64,000 nt of DNA, taken from positions 3,220 to 67,219 of IMG/VR virus record IMGVR_UViG_3300045988_081431; one strand, given 5' to 3'. Position 1 is the first letter of the stretch; every line of letters begins with the position of its first letter. A program made the translations under genes and the position numbers. Of this stretch, positions 46,388 to 55,782 are shown piece after piece. Source of the stretch: a virus. Under the pieces are notes generated by a model, which had not been told where the DNA came from, made no database searches, and worked only from the letters and a program-made list of their open reading frames with translations.

Positions 46388-46708
46388 ATGTTTAAAAGAT
46401 ATATGTTTTTAGTGGATATGTTTAAGAATGGGGAGTTGTATCGTGTTTCTATTTATGGTGAACACAGGGATTTGATACAACAATATTTATATTTGATTTC
46501 ACCAGAGGTAATCTTCTTGCGTGAAGACGAAGAAACCGAAAAACAACAAAAGAAACGTACCAAGGGTAAATATCGCAAGTTATTTTTCAATGGTAAAAAC
46601 ATCGGAACAATCATTCAATGTGAGTTCCGTACAGACCGTTGTCAATCCATCGGTGAACGCTCAAAGAAAATTACAGGTGTTGATGAAAGATATACGGTGG
46701 TCGCATGA
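46388..46708 (+). CDS. hypothetical protein
   Basis: 106 aa with a basic central region. Confidence 0.55.
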   Translation: MFKRYMFLVDMFKNGELYRVSIYGEHRDLIQQYLYLISPEVIFLREDEETEKQQKKRTKGKYRKLFFNGKNIGTIIQCEFRTDRCQSIGERSKKITGVDERYTVVA

Positions 46709-47358
46709 ATAAATTAATGGAGTTCTTCTGTTCTAACTCAGATGAACTGTTTAAAATACAAGAGTTTGACAACCGCATGTCTTTCAAAGAATTTAACCAA
46801 GAGAGAATATCCATGCGGTTAGTCCGCAAGATGAAACGCTACAGGGAATTTGATTATGAACGCTCACCAGAAGATATCTTGATTGAACAAGAAGAAATCA
46901 AAGAGTTAATGTATGCATTCTTGCGGCTCAGAAAAGAAATTGGCACAAGCAGCATGAAACGATTAATGCTACGGTATGGCTTACGTATGAAAGTCAGCGA
47001 GATTGCCAAACACTTTGGTGAATACAAAATGTTGACCTCAAGACGACTCAAGAAGTCATTATCGGTTGCACAACAAGTTCTACAGGAATTAATCGCCGAT
47101 GGTGTACTTGACGAGGATGTCTTGAGACCAAGCATTAGATACTATGAGGCAAAAACACCAATCATCAAAGTTAATTATCCGTTCGACTCTGCACGAGAGA
47201 CATTTAAACGAATGTATAAGTACGCAGGCGAACAACGACCAATGACAACATGTAAAGCCATTGAGTATCTGGATGAGTGCTTTGGTGATAATAAAACCAT
47301 CTGTAATTACTGTGGTAAACAATGCTCACGTTTGAAAGATATGGAGAAACGAGTGTGA
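46705..47358 (+). CDS. sigma-factor-like / HTH regulator candidate with C-terminal CxxC pair
   Basis: LMLRYGLRMKVSEIAKHFGE...RRLKKSLSVAQQVLQEL resembles sigma-70 region 4. The C-terminus carries CNYCGKQC. Confidence 0.35.
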   Translation: MNKLMEFFCSNSDELFKIQEFDNRMSFKEFNQERISMRLVRKMKRYREFDYERSPEDILIEQEEIKELMYAFLRLRKEIGTSSMKRLMLRYGLRMKVSEIAKHFGEYKMLTSRRLKKSLSVAQQVLQELIADGVLDEDVLRPSIRYYEAKTPIIKVNYPFDSARETFKRMYKYAGEQRPMTTCKAIEYLDECFGDNKTICNYCGKQCSRLKDMEKRV

Positions 47359-48164
47359 ATATAGCTGAACAATCATTAAATCTGAACAAACTAGATATGC
47401 GTGTCGAAGCAGACAGAGCATATATCGCAGATATATCCGATATTCATGTCGGTAATATCTATCACAATCGAGAGGCATTTGAGAAGTTCATTTCTCAAGT
47501 TAAAACGATTGACAATCTGTATTTGATTATCGGTGGTGACTCTACGGATAATGCAACAACGAGTTCTGCATCATCGGTATTTGAACAATCGGAACACGGT
47601 GGAGACCAAGTTCTATTGGCATACCGCTTGTTAGAACCGATAAAAGACCGTATTCTGTTCTGTCGTAGTGGCAACCATGGATATGAACGAGCGTTAAAAC
47701 ACAATCGTTTAATTCCTGAACAGATGCTGGCTGAGTTACTAGGTGTTCCGTTCTACCACGGCATGGCATCGGTGTTCTTGAATGTCAACAAGAACTTATA
47801 TGTCATTGGCACATGGCATAATTCTAAAAAGCCTGACAAAATGGAATGGCTGCATACCGATATTACGTTCTATGAGCATCTACATAAGACAACATATGAA
47901 CGCACTATGGTGGCAGAACCCAACCGTATTGCCAAGGCATGGTCTTTAATTGAACACTTGGATGTGCAAACAGGTTCATTCCTTGGTTGGGGCGGTTATT
48001 CCGCAGACAAGGGTTATCGACCAAACGATTGTGGTACATCCATAGTGGAACTATCTGGAGAGAGAAACAAAAAACAGATGCGAGTGCACGACCATATCGA
48101 CCGTGTTCTTGAATTGGAACACTTGCGAAAGGCAGTTGAACATGCCAAAGAAACAAACAAATAA
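47355..48164 (+). CDS. calcineurin-like metallophosphoesterase
   Basis: Motifs DISDIHVGN, GGDSTDN and SGNHGYE. The GTG start at 47355 (GGAGA SD, GTGA overlap) is preferred over the track start 47322. Confidence 0.65.
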   Translation: MNIAEQSLNLNKLDMRVEADRAYIADISDIHVGNIYHNREAFEKFISQVKTIDNLYLIIGGDSTDNATTSSASSVFEQSEHGGDQVLLAYRLLEPIKDRILFCRSGNHGYERALKHNRLIPEQMLAELLGVPFYHGMASVFLNVNKNLYVIGTWHNSKKPDKMEWLHTDITFYEHLHKTTYERTMVAEPNRIAKAWSLIEHLDVQTGSFLGWGGYSADKGYRPNDCGTSIVELSGERNKKQMRVHDHIDRVLELEHLRKAVEHAKETNK

Positions 48165-48312
48165 ACGAAAACGCAAGCCATCAAAACCAAAGACACCGCT
48201 CGATGCAATCCATAAGAAATGTCGAGAGTGTTGTTGTGGTACTTTGGCGGAAGTAGAGGCTTGTGAGATAGACGATTGTGCATTATGGCATTATCGTATG
48301 GCGGAAGAATAA
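48142..48312 (+). CDS. small basic zinc-ribbon-like protein
   Basis: In-frame ATG 48142. Sequence MPKKQTNKRKRKPSKPK...CRECCCG...CEIDDCALWHYR; followed by a terminator. Confidence 0.5.
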   Translation: MPKKQTNKRKRKPSKPKTPLDAIHKKCRECCCGTLAEVEACEIDDCALWHYRMAEE

Positions 48313-48331
48313 ATTTCTTCCGTCTTTTTTT
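48301..48331 (+). terminator. intrinsic terminator
   Basis: 8-bp stem CGGAAGAA/TTCTTCCG, 5-nt loop, then TCTTTTTTT. Confidence 0.8.
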
Positions 48332-48340
48332 ATTTTGTTG

Positions 48341-48369
48341 TTGACATACGCAATCAACCATGGTATCAT
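48341..48369 (+). promoter_or_regulatory. sigma-A-type promoter (TTGACA-17-TATCAT with TGn)
   Basis: -35 at 48341-48346, TGg at 48361-63, -10 at 48364-48369. Confidence 0.65.
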
Positions 48370-48407
48370 AATGGTGTAAACAAATTGTTTTTCACACAGG
48401 AGGAATT

Positions 48408-48710
48408 ATGGATAAAACAATTATTAAAGAATTGCAAGAACACAATGGCTTTAAATACACGACTATTTTGCCAAAGAACATTATGTATGAAGAACGGCAA
48501 ATGTGGTGGTTTTCATTTGATAATGGATATGATGTTGCCGTTATTCAATTCGAGTATACCGAAGACGATGGTGTCTTTTGTTTGGCACTATTGAGAGACG
48601 GCGTTATTTACCATGGTACTATGTTGTTGCCAGATGGAGATGTTACCAATGTTTGTCTTGAGACAGTACTGGAATATCTACAGGCGATTTCTGAATTGGA
48701 GGCACAATAA
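48408..48710 (+). CDS. hypothetical protein
   Basis: AGGAGG SD; 100 aa. Confidence 0.6.
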   Translation: MDKTIIKELQEHNGFKYTTILPKNIMYEERQMWWFSFDNGYDVAVIQFEYTEDDGVFCLALLRDGVIYHGTMLLPDGDVTNVCLETVLEYLQAISELEAQ

Positions 48711-49156
48711 TGGCAAAATTAACAAAACAACAAAAGAATTTATTTTTCGATTTATTCGCAGAGGGTTTTGACCTTGTGTATGGTTCGACAGGGGAATATC
48801 CATGGTATGCCGCCTTGGTAAGTGACTGCGAAGAAGACATAGATGGTTTTCTGTCGTATCATTACAAGAATGGAAACAAGTGGAAGCAACTGAGTGATGA
48901 AGACTCTCGAATTATCCCCCAACAGGTTTACTGTAATTTCATTCGTCTTCACGACTATTTAAATATTCCACAACAAAATAGAGTCCGTAGGGATGACTTA
49001 TTGCGTGTCAGAAATAATCATGATGACGAATGGGAATATGCTTGCTTCGCTCGTTTTGATGGTACAGGAGTGCAAGTGTTTGCCAATGGAACAAACTCTT
49101 ATACATCTAAAGACAAAGCTACAAAATTCTACAAGTATTATAAACGTGCAGACTAA
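48710..49156 (+). CDS. hypothetical protein
   Basis: TAATG overlap; 148 aa. Confidence 0.6.
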   Translation: MAKLTKQQKNLFFDLFAEGFDLVYGSTGEYPWYAALVSDCEEDIDGFLSYHYKNGNKWKQLSDEDSRIIPQQVYCNFIRLHDYLNIPQQNRVRRDDLLRVRNNHDDEWEYACFARFDGTGVQVFANGTNSYTSKDKATKFYKYYKRAD

Positions 49157-49170
49157 CACAGGGGAAACAT

Positions 49171-49647
49171 ATGATAGAATATGACATTATTCAAGCACTA
49201 GGGTATCACCTGTATTTAAAATATATATGTATTCCCAATGTATTAATGTTTGGAGACAACCGCAGTGAATATGAAGCGGATTTTATATACTTTAAACACA
49301 CTCAACGGTTCTTAACAGAAGTTGAAGCTAAGACTAATATTGAAGATTTTAAGCGAGACTTTAACAAGAAACGGTATCACGACTGTGAACATGTCAAGTA
49401 TTTCTATTACGCTATGCCACTACAGGTGTATGAGAAACATCGACAATTTGTCGATAATAAATTAAATGAAGTCGGTGCAGGTTTAATATTAATAGACGAG
49501 ATAGACACATGGGATTTCCGAGGTAACCTTTATTGCGTTCACAAGTATGTTAAACGAGCAAAAGTCCGCAAAAACTATCAGGAAATGTCTGAGGAAGAAT
49601 ACTTGCGATATTTACGCATCGGTTGCATGAAATGGGTTAGTAGATAA
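49171..49647 (+). CDS. PD-(D/E)XK-like (MmcB-like) nuclease-fold protein
   Basis: EADFIYF...TEVEAKT fits a D...E-x-K motif; 158 aa. Confidence 0.4.
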   Translation: MIEYDIIQALGYHLYLKYICIPNVLMFGDNRSEYEADFIYFKHTQRFLTEVEAKTNIEDFKRDFNKKRYHDCEHVKYFYYAMPLQVYEKHRQFVDNKLNEVGAGLILIDEIDTWDFRGNLYCVHKYVKRAKVRKNYQEMSEEEYLRYLRIGCMKWVSR

Positions 49648-49661
49648 CAGGAGAAAAACAA

Positions 49662-49844
49662 ATGACAACAATTATGATTGATGAACAAGAGTATTTATCT
49701 ATTGTTAAAGACGTGGAAGAAACAATGGCTAAGTTTGACGAGGAGGGTGCATCATATGAAGAATTATATGATTTATACGACCGTGCTTACAGCCGTTTAG
49801 ACTTATTGATTTATAATGCGTTATATACAAAAGTTGCAGAATAG
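49662..49844 (+). CDS. hypothetical small acidic protein
   Basis: AGGAGA SD; 60 aa. Confidence 0.5.
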   Translation: MTTIMIDEQEYLSIVKDVEETMAKFDEEGASYEELYDLYDRAYSRLDLLIYNALYTKVAE

Positions 49845-49856
49845 GAGTAGGCACAC

Positions 49857-50318
49857 ATGTTACAATCAAAATATTTAACACAAGATGGTTTACAGGCGTA
49901 TTTAAAAGACTGTTATAACTCTGGGTATAACTATGTGTTTTACCGTAAAGAAATTGATAGTTTTGCGTTGTCTGAGACAAAACCTGAACTTGACAATGGT
50001 AAATACATATGTCTGTTTGGTAAAACTAGAGTGTTATACTCGTTTTTCTCTAAGTTAGTCTTTAAGGATTTATTACAGGATAAAGACTATATCAAAATCA
50101 GCGACCATATTGATACTGTGGATTGGTCTAAAGTGCCTGTGGATACAAAATTAATCGTCTCTCATTCAGAAGCAAATCCAGACTATTGTCGTTATTTTGC
50201 AGAATATAAAGATGGTAAAGTTTATGCTTGGGATTACGGAGCGACATCATGGAGTAGCGATGTCAAAAGTAAAAGTTATTGGGAGCACGCCAAACTAGCA
50301 GAGGACAGAAATGAATAA
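49857..50318 (+). CDS. hypothetical protein
   Basis: 153 aa; followed by a terminator. Confidence 0.6.
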   Translation: MLQSKYLTQDGLQAYLKDCYNSGYNYVFYRKEIDSFALSETKPELDNGKYICLFGKTRVLYSFFSKLVFKDLLQDKDYIKISDHIDTVDWSKVPVDTKLIVSHSEANPDYCRYFAEYKDGKVYAWDYGATSWSSDVKSKSYWEHAKLAEDRNE

Positions 50319-50324
50319 AACATA

Positions 50325-50351
50325 AGAGACCACATAGTTGGTCTCTTTTTT
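50325..50351 (+). terminator. intrinsic terminator
   Basis: 8-bp stem AGAGACCA/TGGTCTCT, 6-nt loop, then TTTTT. Confidence 0.8.
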
Positions 50352-50379
50352 GTTAATGCAAAAGTTTTTAAACATATTG

Positions 50380-50408
50380 TTGACACCACATGGTATCTAT
50401 GTTATGAT
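50380..50408 (+). promoter_or_regulatory. sigma-A-type promoter (TTGACA-17-TATGAT with TGn)
   Basis: -35 at 50380-50385, TGt at 50400-02, -10 at 50403-50408. Confidence 0.7.
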
Positions 50409-50450
50409 ATACACATAAGATAACCATAGATTTAACTCAGGAGGAAACGT

Positions 50451-50771
50451 ATGACCTGTAGATTTGGCGGTGGTCGAAAGATACCGCAGAAACGAGAGTA
50501 TTTCATTGACTATGGCGATGGTTTTGACGATGTGTTAGACCGATGTAAGAAATTACATGGGTGTTACAAGTGTAAAACCAAGCCAATACCAATATTACAA
50601 CACCAGCGGTCAGCAGATGAACATTGGATATACTTGTGTTGTCCAAAGCATCCCAAGAACCGCACATATATGAATCTGGACTATATAGCCATGTTTAGAG
50701 CATGGCAGTTTTTACAAAAGATTGGTCGAGAAGAATTGAAGAACGTGAGGCAGGAACAAGGAAATGGATAA
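50451..50771 (+). CDS. Cys-rich (zinc-binding?) hypothetical protein
   Basis: AGGAGG SD. Carries a CYKCK pair and an LCCPKH pair. Confidence 0.55.
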   Translation: MTCRFGGGRKIPQKREYFIDYGDGFDDVLDRCKKLHGCYKCKTKPIPILQHQRSADEHWIYLCCPKHPKNRTYMNLDYIAMFRAWQFLQKIGREELKNVRQEQGNG

Positions 50772-50937
50772 AGAATTGATTATTGACATTAGACGAATGA
50801 TTGACATTTGTTGCTTGTTATTGATGAGTGGTTCATTCATCAGAACATTTGTTTTCAACGACCAAGAATGGCTTGGGGCGATGTTCTTAAGCGTTGTAAT
50901 CTTATGTATGTTCCCAAGAAAGGAGACTAAGAGATGA
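50764..50937 (+). CDS. small membrane protein (57 aa, below ORF-track cutoff)
   Basis: The ATG overlaps the upstream stop region, and the stop overlaps the next ATG (ATGA). Two hydrophobic segments. Confidence 0.45.
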   Translation: MDKELIIDIRRMIDICCLLLMSGSFIRTFVFNDQEWLGAMFLSVVILCMFPRKETKR

Positions 50938-51194
50938 GATTTCATGAAGCATACGAGAAGATGTGCGGTGGCAAGGGCATTAGACGACACCACTGGCCGC
51001 AAACACAATGTCTACGGATGAAAAAAGGTGTGATTTACGTTTGTACCGACCAATGGCACAAGCGGTTGAAATCAATAGATGCTACATGCATTACTTCATC
51101 TGATTGGACAACCACGGACATTCATCCGATTAAAAATACCACAGGCAAACAAGATATGCTTGAGTATTTCCGTAAATTAAACAAGACATTATAA
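50934..51194 (+). CDS. DUF2829-like small protein (Tad2-type anti-Thoeris sponge candidate)
   Basis: MRFHEAYEKMCGGKGIRRHHW...ITSSDW fits my recollection of the DUF2829 pattern M-F-x-EA-x5-G-x-x-[IV]-R-R-x-x-W ... DW; 86 aa. Confidence 0.4.
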   Translation: MRFHEAYEKMCGGKGIRRHHWPQTQCLRMKKGVIYVCTDQWHKRLKSIDATCITSSDWTTTDIHPIKNTTGKQDMLEYFRKLNKTL

Positions 51195-51205
51195 CAGGAG
51201 GAAAC

Positions 51206-51604
51206 ATGAAAACATTTGTACGTATCAAAGATAAGGTCTTCGAAGACAGCTACAAGAAATATGACGAAACATCCAATGTGTTAACCAAGTTGTTAGAGAC
51301 GTTTGAAGATGACACGTTTCAAACGGTTGAAGACTTACTTGGGTATATATATCTGTTACGTGATAACGTTAGTTCTCGCTATAGACCAAAATACGTTCGC
51401 TTGCGTAGAATGTTTAAAGCTAAGGGGTTACGACTCAATCAAGTTGCTGCCTATTTGGGTATTAGTCCATCTAGCCTATCCAATAGCATGAACGGAGAAC
51501 GATTATTCACTGAAAAAGAAAAAGACGACATCTTTAGATTGCTTGGTTTAACGTATTCATCTCAGATGGATAGGGAGTTATTCTATGACGAACTCGATGA
51601 TTGA
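51206..51604 (+). CDS. XRE-type helix-turn-helix protein
   Basis: The LRLNQVAAYLGISPSSLSNSMNGERLFT HTH lies in the C-terminal half. Confidence 0.6.
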   Translation: MKTFVRIKDKVFEDSYKKYDETSNVLTKLLETFEDDTFQTVEDLLGYIYLLRDNVSSRYRPKYVRLRRMFKAKGLRLNQVAAYLGISPSSLSNSMNGERLFTEKEKDDIFRLLGLTYSSQMDRELFYDELDD

Positions 51605-52298
51605 ACTACATCAATGCGATTGTCGTAACATATTGCCATCCATTAAGACACAACTACAGGAAGAAAACAAGCCATATATCATTGTTTCAGACCCTCCGTT
51701 CAACATTGGGTACCATTATAATGGCTATCACGACAGAATGAGCGATGGCGATTACAGACAGATGTTAAAACAGGTGTTTAACCCATCGCATCCATCTGTA
51801 TGTATCCATTACCCAGAACAGTTGTATCAACTTGCGATTGATATTGACAGACCACCGACTCGTGTGGTATCATGGGTGTACAATACAAACAACCGCAGAC
51901 AACATCGTGATATTGCGTTCTTTGGTATAATGCCTGATTTTAAACAGGTATTGCAACCGTATAAGAACCCAAACGATAAACGGATTAAACGGTTGATTGA
52001 AAACGGCTCTAAAGGCACACCGATTTACGATTGGTGGAACATCAATATCGTTAAGAACACCTCACGAGAAAAAACCGAGCATCCATGTCAGATGCCATTA
52101 CAGGTAATGAAAAACATTATTGGTATTCTGCCAGAGGGGTATACCATTATTGACCCATTTATGGGTTCTGGTACAACAGGTGTTGCAGCCGTTGAATTGG
52201 GTCGAGATTTCATCGGTATTGAATTAGACCCATTGTATTTTGATATCGCAAAACAACGGATTTTTAACGCACGAGAAACACAGGAGAAAAACATATGA
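51585..52298 (+). CDS. beta-class DNA amino-methyltransferase (N6-adenine or N4-cytosine)
   Basis: Motif IV SDPPFNIGY precedes motif I IIDPFMGSGTTGVAA. Confidence 0.8.
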   Translation: MTNSMIELHQCDCRNILPSIKTQLQEENKPYIIVSDPPFNIGYHYNGYHDRMSDGDYRQMLKQVFNPSHPSVCIHYPEQLYQLAIDIDRPPTRVVSWVYNTNNRRQHRDIAFFGIMPDFKQVLQPYKNPNDKRIKRLIENGSKGTPIYDWWNINIVKNTSREKTEHPCQMPLQVMKNIIGILPEGYTIIDPFMGSGTTGVAAVELGRDFIGIELDPLYFDIAKQRIFNARETQEKNI

Positions 52299-53161
52299 CA
52301 ACCCAACAAGCACTACAACAATTTGAAACGGTCGGTATTGACGGTATGTCAATCGAAGATTTAGACTTGGTGTTCATTCATTGGTTAGAAAACCCAAGTC
52401 AACACGAAAGCGACATCAAAGAATATATTCTGTTTTGTTCTTTCGGCAATTACGACTTGATTAAACAAGAAGAAATCGTTGGACATAAATATGTAACACG
52501 CAGACATATCTATAAGAACGCCATCACAGATACATACTGGTGTTTACAATTTGAAGAAGAAATGCGTATGCAAGAACGATGGGATTTCCAATGGTTTGAG
52601 GTATATCCAAAGACAAAAACTATTGTTGAATACCACAGAAAGCAGGTGCAACACATGTTTGTGTATGGAGACTTAATTACCGAAAGACATAACTATTTGG
52701 ATGCAGTTCATAATATATACATGTTTGTGCAATCTATATGTGTCGACCAAGACCATTGCATTGTGTATGACATCTATCGTAACGACCTTGTATTTAAAAG
52801 GGTATCTGACTTAGTGTCTCGCAAGAAGTACGTTGGTAACAAGTCATTAGAAATTAATTTATTCAATATAGCCAATTCTAGTGTCTACTATCAAGTACGC
52901 CAGTATATCCTTAGTCAACAAGATATTGCAAAACAAAAGTTTGTATTCTTGAGAGACGTGTTTGACCGTGGAGTCACCATCCGAGTCAATGGTTGTCACT
53001 TTAGACCAACAGGCGTATATTTTAGACCAAACAATTATGTATATTGGCAAGATATGATTGTGTTTACAGGTTATAGTCAAGTCGGTCATAACGACACGAT
53101 TCACTTGTCAACATTGTTGCCGAATTGCCAATATTTACAAAAACTAGTGGAGATAGACTAA
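52295..53161 (+). CDS. hypothetical protein
   Basis: ATGA overlap; 288 aa. Confidence 0.6.
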   Translation: MTTQQALQQFETVGIDGMSIEDLDLVFIHWLENPSQHESDIKEYILFCSFGNYDLIKQEEIVGHKYVTRRHIYKNAITDTYWCLQFEEEMRMQERWDFQWFEVYPKTKTIVEYHRKQVQHMFVYGDLITERHNYLDAVHNIYMFVQSICVDQDHCIVYDIYRNDLVFKRVSDLVSRKKYVGNKSLEINLFNIANSSVYYQVRQYILSQQDIAKQKFVFLRDVFDRGVTIRVNGCHFRPTGVYFRPNNYVYWQDMIVFTGYSQVGHNDTIHLSTLLPNCQYLQKLVEID

Positions 53162-53388
53162 TGAAGTACGGTGGCTATACAATAGACAATGACAATATCA
53201 TGCACAAGGTTATGGCTGTAGATACATACGAAGAGGCTTGCAAACAACTGCAAAAGCTATGTATGGAACATAACTGTTATCAAATAGGATATGCCGTTGG
53301 GCCGCATGAGGATGAAGACGGTAAAATATTCTATTTTGAATACCTTGATACATACAGAATGGATGAATACGGAGAATGGGTCGGATGA
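53161..53388 (+). CDS. hypothetical protein
   Basis: TAATG overlap at 53159-53163; the track start 53125 lies inside the upstream gene. Confidence 0.55.
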   Translation: MKYGGYTIDNDNIMHKVMAVDTYEEACKQLQKLCMEHNCYQIGYAVGPHEDEDGKIFYFEYLDTYRMDEYGEWVG

Positions 53389-53409
53389 AAACACAATACA
53401 GGAGAACTA

Positions 53410-53637
53410 ATGTACAAACTTGAATGGCAAGACACACGAACATACGAAATGAAGCACCATGGTCTATTCGAGACCGAAGCCGATGCCCTACAAGCGATTA
53501 AAGAGTGGTGGAATTATAATGGTTTCACACCACCGTATTATCGTATTATGCATAATCCATTGGGTATCACGGTTGACTATGGGTCACACTATTGTTTTTA
53601 CCATATTACACAGGAGGAAGACGAATGTCAGAACTAA
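53410..53637 (+). CDS. hypothetical protein
   Basis: AGGAGA SD; 75 aa. Confidence 0.55.
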   Translation: MYKLEWQDTRTYEMKHHGLFETEADALQAIKEWWNYNGFTPPYYRIMHNPLGITVDYGSHYCFYHITQEEDECQN

Positions 53638-54008
53638 TGGAAGCATACCAACGGACACATGAGACGATGGGCACTATTGCAAAAAACGTAGGCAAGAATA
53701 ACGAAACATTACAAACCGCAACCCTCCAACTAGGAGAATACTCAAGCACTATAGATGAACACCATAAACAAATTGAGGTTCTTTCAAAAACACAAGATGC
53801 TCATAGAGACTCTATTTCAAGCCTGCACGAGTCAACAGCAATGTTATTACAGGTTGCACAAATGCATACCGAGCGAATAGACTTACTGGGTGCACGAGTC
53901 ACAGACTTAGAGAAGCAGATGCATAAAACACATAAGCAAATCTTTTGGTATTTAATTGCAGTTATTGTGATTAATTGCGGTTCGTTTGTGTATTGGCTAA
54001 CGAGATAA
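53625..54008 (+). CDS. coiled-coil protein with C-terminal TM anchor
   Basis: AGGAGG SD before ATG 53625. A heptad region is followed by the hydrophobic IFWYLIAVIVINCGSFVYWL. Confidence 0.55.
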   Translation: MSELMEAYQRTHETMGTIAKNVGKNNETLQTATLQLGEYSSTIDEHHKQIEVLSKTQDAHRDSISSLHESTAMLLQVAQMHTERIDLLGARVTDLEKQMHKTHKQIFWYLIAVIVINCGSFVYWLTR

Positions 54009-54023
54009 CACAGGGGGCAATAC

Positions 54024-54188
54024 ATGAGGCAAACAGTAAAAATAATACATCCCAATAACTCAGTAGGACTTGAGTACATTTTAAATGACTATATTTCTAT
54101 TGGATGGTCGGTTGTAAACATTACACCGTTTACAGGAGAAGATGGTCTTATGTCATATATAGTGGTATTTCAAAATACGGAGGAATAA
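54024..54188 (+). CDS. small hypothetical protein (54 aa, below cutoff)
   Basis: GGGGG SD-like element before the ATG. The stop overlaps the next ATG (TAATG). Sequence MRQTVKIIHPNNSVGLEYILNDYISIGWSVVNITPFTGEDGLMSYIVVFQNTEE. Confidence 0.45.
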   Translation: MRQTVKIIHPNNSVGLEYILNDYISIGWSVVNITPFTGEDGLMSYIVVFQNTEE

Positions 54189-54646
54189 TGAAGTATTCTC
54201 TAGGCGACCTAGTATTGTATCATAACAAACCAGCCATAGTCGTAACAGAACAAATGTTGGGCGACTTGATTATTATACAAGATAATCACTTAATTACAGG
54301 CGTACTAAAAGAAGATGCCCATTATATTGGGAAATCTTCGTTTAACGAAAGTGTTTCTAAGATGTTAGAGCAAGTCGATAAAGCCAGACAAGAACATATC
54401 GGCTGTAATGTATTATTCATTGTTAAAGAACTTGAGTCTTGTCTCATAGCGGTCAATGGTGTAAAATATATGATGGCTGGCGATTACAAACAAGTGAATA
54501 ACAAATATTATATCTTGGTAACAGATAACCAATGTCAACAACATTGGGTTGAACTATCGTCTTTTCTATTGGGTGCATTAGGTGAACCGACAGGAGGTAT
54601 CAATGAATTATCTACGGATGCTACAGAAGAAATTACTACAGACTGA
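54188..54646 (+). CDS. hypothetical protein
   Basis: GGAGG SD before ATG 54188; the track start 54104 overlaps the small upstream ORF. Confidence 0.55.
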   Translation: MKYSLGDLVLYHNKPAIVVTEQMLGDLIIIQDNHLITGVLKEDAHYIGKSSFNESVSKMLEQVDKARQEHIGCNVLFIVKELESCLIAVNGVKYMMAGDYKQVNNKYYILVTDNQCQQHWVELSSFLLGALGEPTGGINELSTDATEEITTD

Positions 54647-54959
54647 GCAAAAAGTTAAACAAAGGACTCATGCCATCGACCAACTTGTGAGTGGACAAAC
54701 GGCGGCAAACCAACGGTCTATTGCAAACACAAAAGCAATCAGAGAGTTGCGAGCGATGATTAAAGACACACAGTCGATTATGATTGATACCAACATTGAT
54801 AACCGACTCAAGTTCCGTTCTATTGCTAATGAGGCACAGAAAAACAAGCGTACAATCTTATGGCTTAAAGCGTGGCTATTAGGATTGACACTATTTAATG
54901 TCATTATGATGGTCGCTATTACCATTTATATGCTAACACAGGAGGTGCAGGTTTTATGA
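54603..54959 (+). CDS. coiled-coil protein with C-terminal TM anchor
   Basis: AGGAGG SD before ATG 54603. A heptad region is followed by the hydrophobic WLKAWLLGLTLFNVIMMVAITIYML. Confidence 0.55.
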   Translation: MNYLRMLQKKLLQTEQKVKQRTHAIDQLVSGQTAANQRSIANTKAIRELRAMIKDTQSIMIDTNIDNRLKFRSIANEAQKNKRTILWLKAWLLGLTLFNVIMMVAITIYMLTQEVQVL

Positions 54960-55618
54960 AAGTAGAACTACAGAATTACACACCACTCAATACCGCAACA
55001 CATGCTATGGGTCAATGTTATGGTAAGGAATTAACAGAGGATGCCCTCGTTAGAGCCATTCATAGTGGACACTTGTCTTTACTTGAGCATACATTAGTAA
55101 CATTCGATATTGAAATGTCACAGAAATGCCTTGCACAAATCACTCGACACAGACATTTGTCTTTCACCGTGAAGTCTACACGGGGTACAGACTTTGGCGA
55201 TGCATCATGGTTTGATTCCACAGAACATCCAGAGATTACAAACGACATGGGTCAGCTAATGAATAAGCTAGTGGAGAACCAAATTCTTGAATACAGACGT
55301 TTGGTTGATGCAGGTGTTCCCTATCAAGTTGCATCATATGTATTACCATTGGCAACTAATGTTACCATGACCGTGAGTGGCTCTTTACGTACTTGGATGG
55401 AGTATCTGCCTAAAAGGTTATGCAAGAGAGCATCCACAGAACACCAACAAGTGGCACGAGCGATTTTTGAACGCTTGAATTACTTGTATCCATCTTTGGT
55501 GAATTTACAAACGCTTGGCATGTGTGAGTCCTGTAAAGAGACATCTTGCGACTTTACCACACATAAAAAGAAACCGAAGACACCTGTTCGAAAGGAACTA
55601 GAAAATGGAAACGCTTAA
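54956..55618 (+). CDS. thyX: FAD-dependent thymidylate synthase ThyX
   Basis: ITRHRHLSFTVKSTR matches the ThyX RHRxxS...S-x-R signature. ATGA overlap; 220 aa. Confidence 0.8.
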   Translation: MKVELQNYTPLNTATHAMGQCYGKELTEDALVRAIHSGHLSLLEHTLVTFDIEMSQKCLAQITRHRHLSFTVKSTRGTDFGDASWFDSTEHPEITNDMGQLMNKLVENQILEYRRLVDAGVPYQVASYVLPLATNVTMTVSGSLRTWMEYLPKRLCKRASTEHQQVARAIFERLNYLYPSLVNLQTLGMCESCKETSCDFTTHKKKPKTPVRKELENGNA

Positions 55619-55778
55619 AGATGGTACAGTTGTACAATTTTTTAACGATAAAGACCAAGAATTGGTCGGTGAAATTAAGTTATATAACCCAATAGGTAAC
55701 TTCTATTTGGTGCAAGCTGAAATTAACGGTCGTGTTTGGTATATACCATCCGAACGCATTATTAAACAATGGAGTTAA
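55605..55778 (+). CDS. small hypothetical protein (57 aa, below cutoff)
   Basis: The ATG lies inside the thyX 3' end. Sequence METLKDGTVVQFFNDKDQELVGEIKLYNPIGNFYLVQAEINGRVWYIPSERIIKQWS. Confidence 0.45.
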   Translation: METLKDGTVVQFFNDKDQELVGEIKLYNPIGNFYLVQAEINGRVWYIPSERIIKQWS

Positions 55779-55782
55779 ACAT

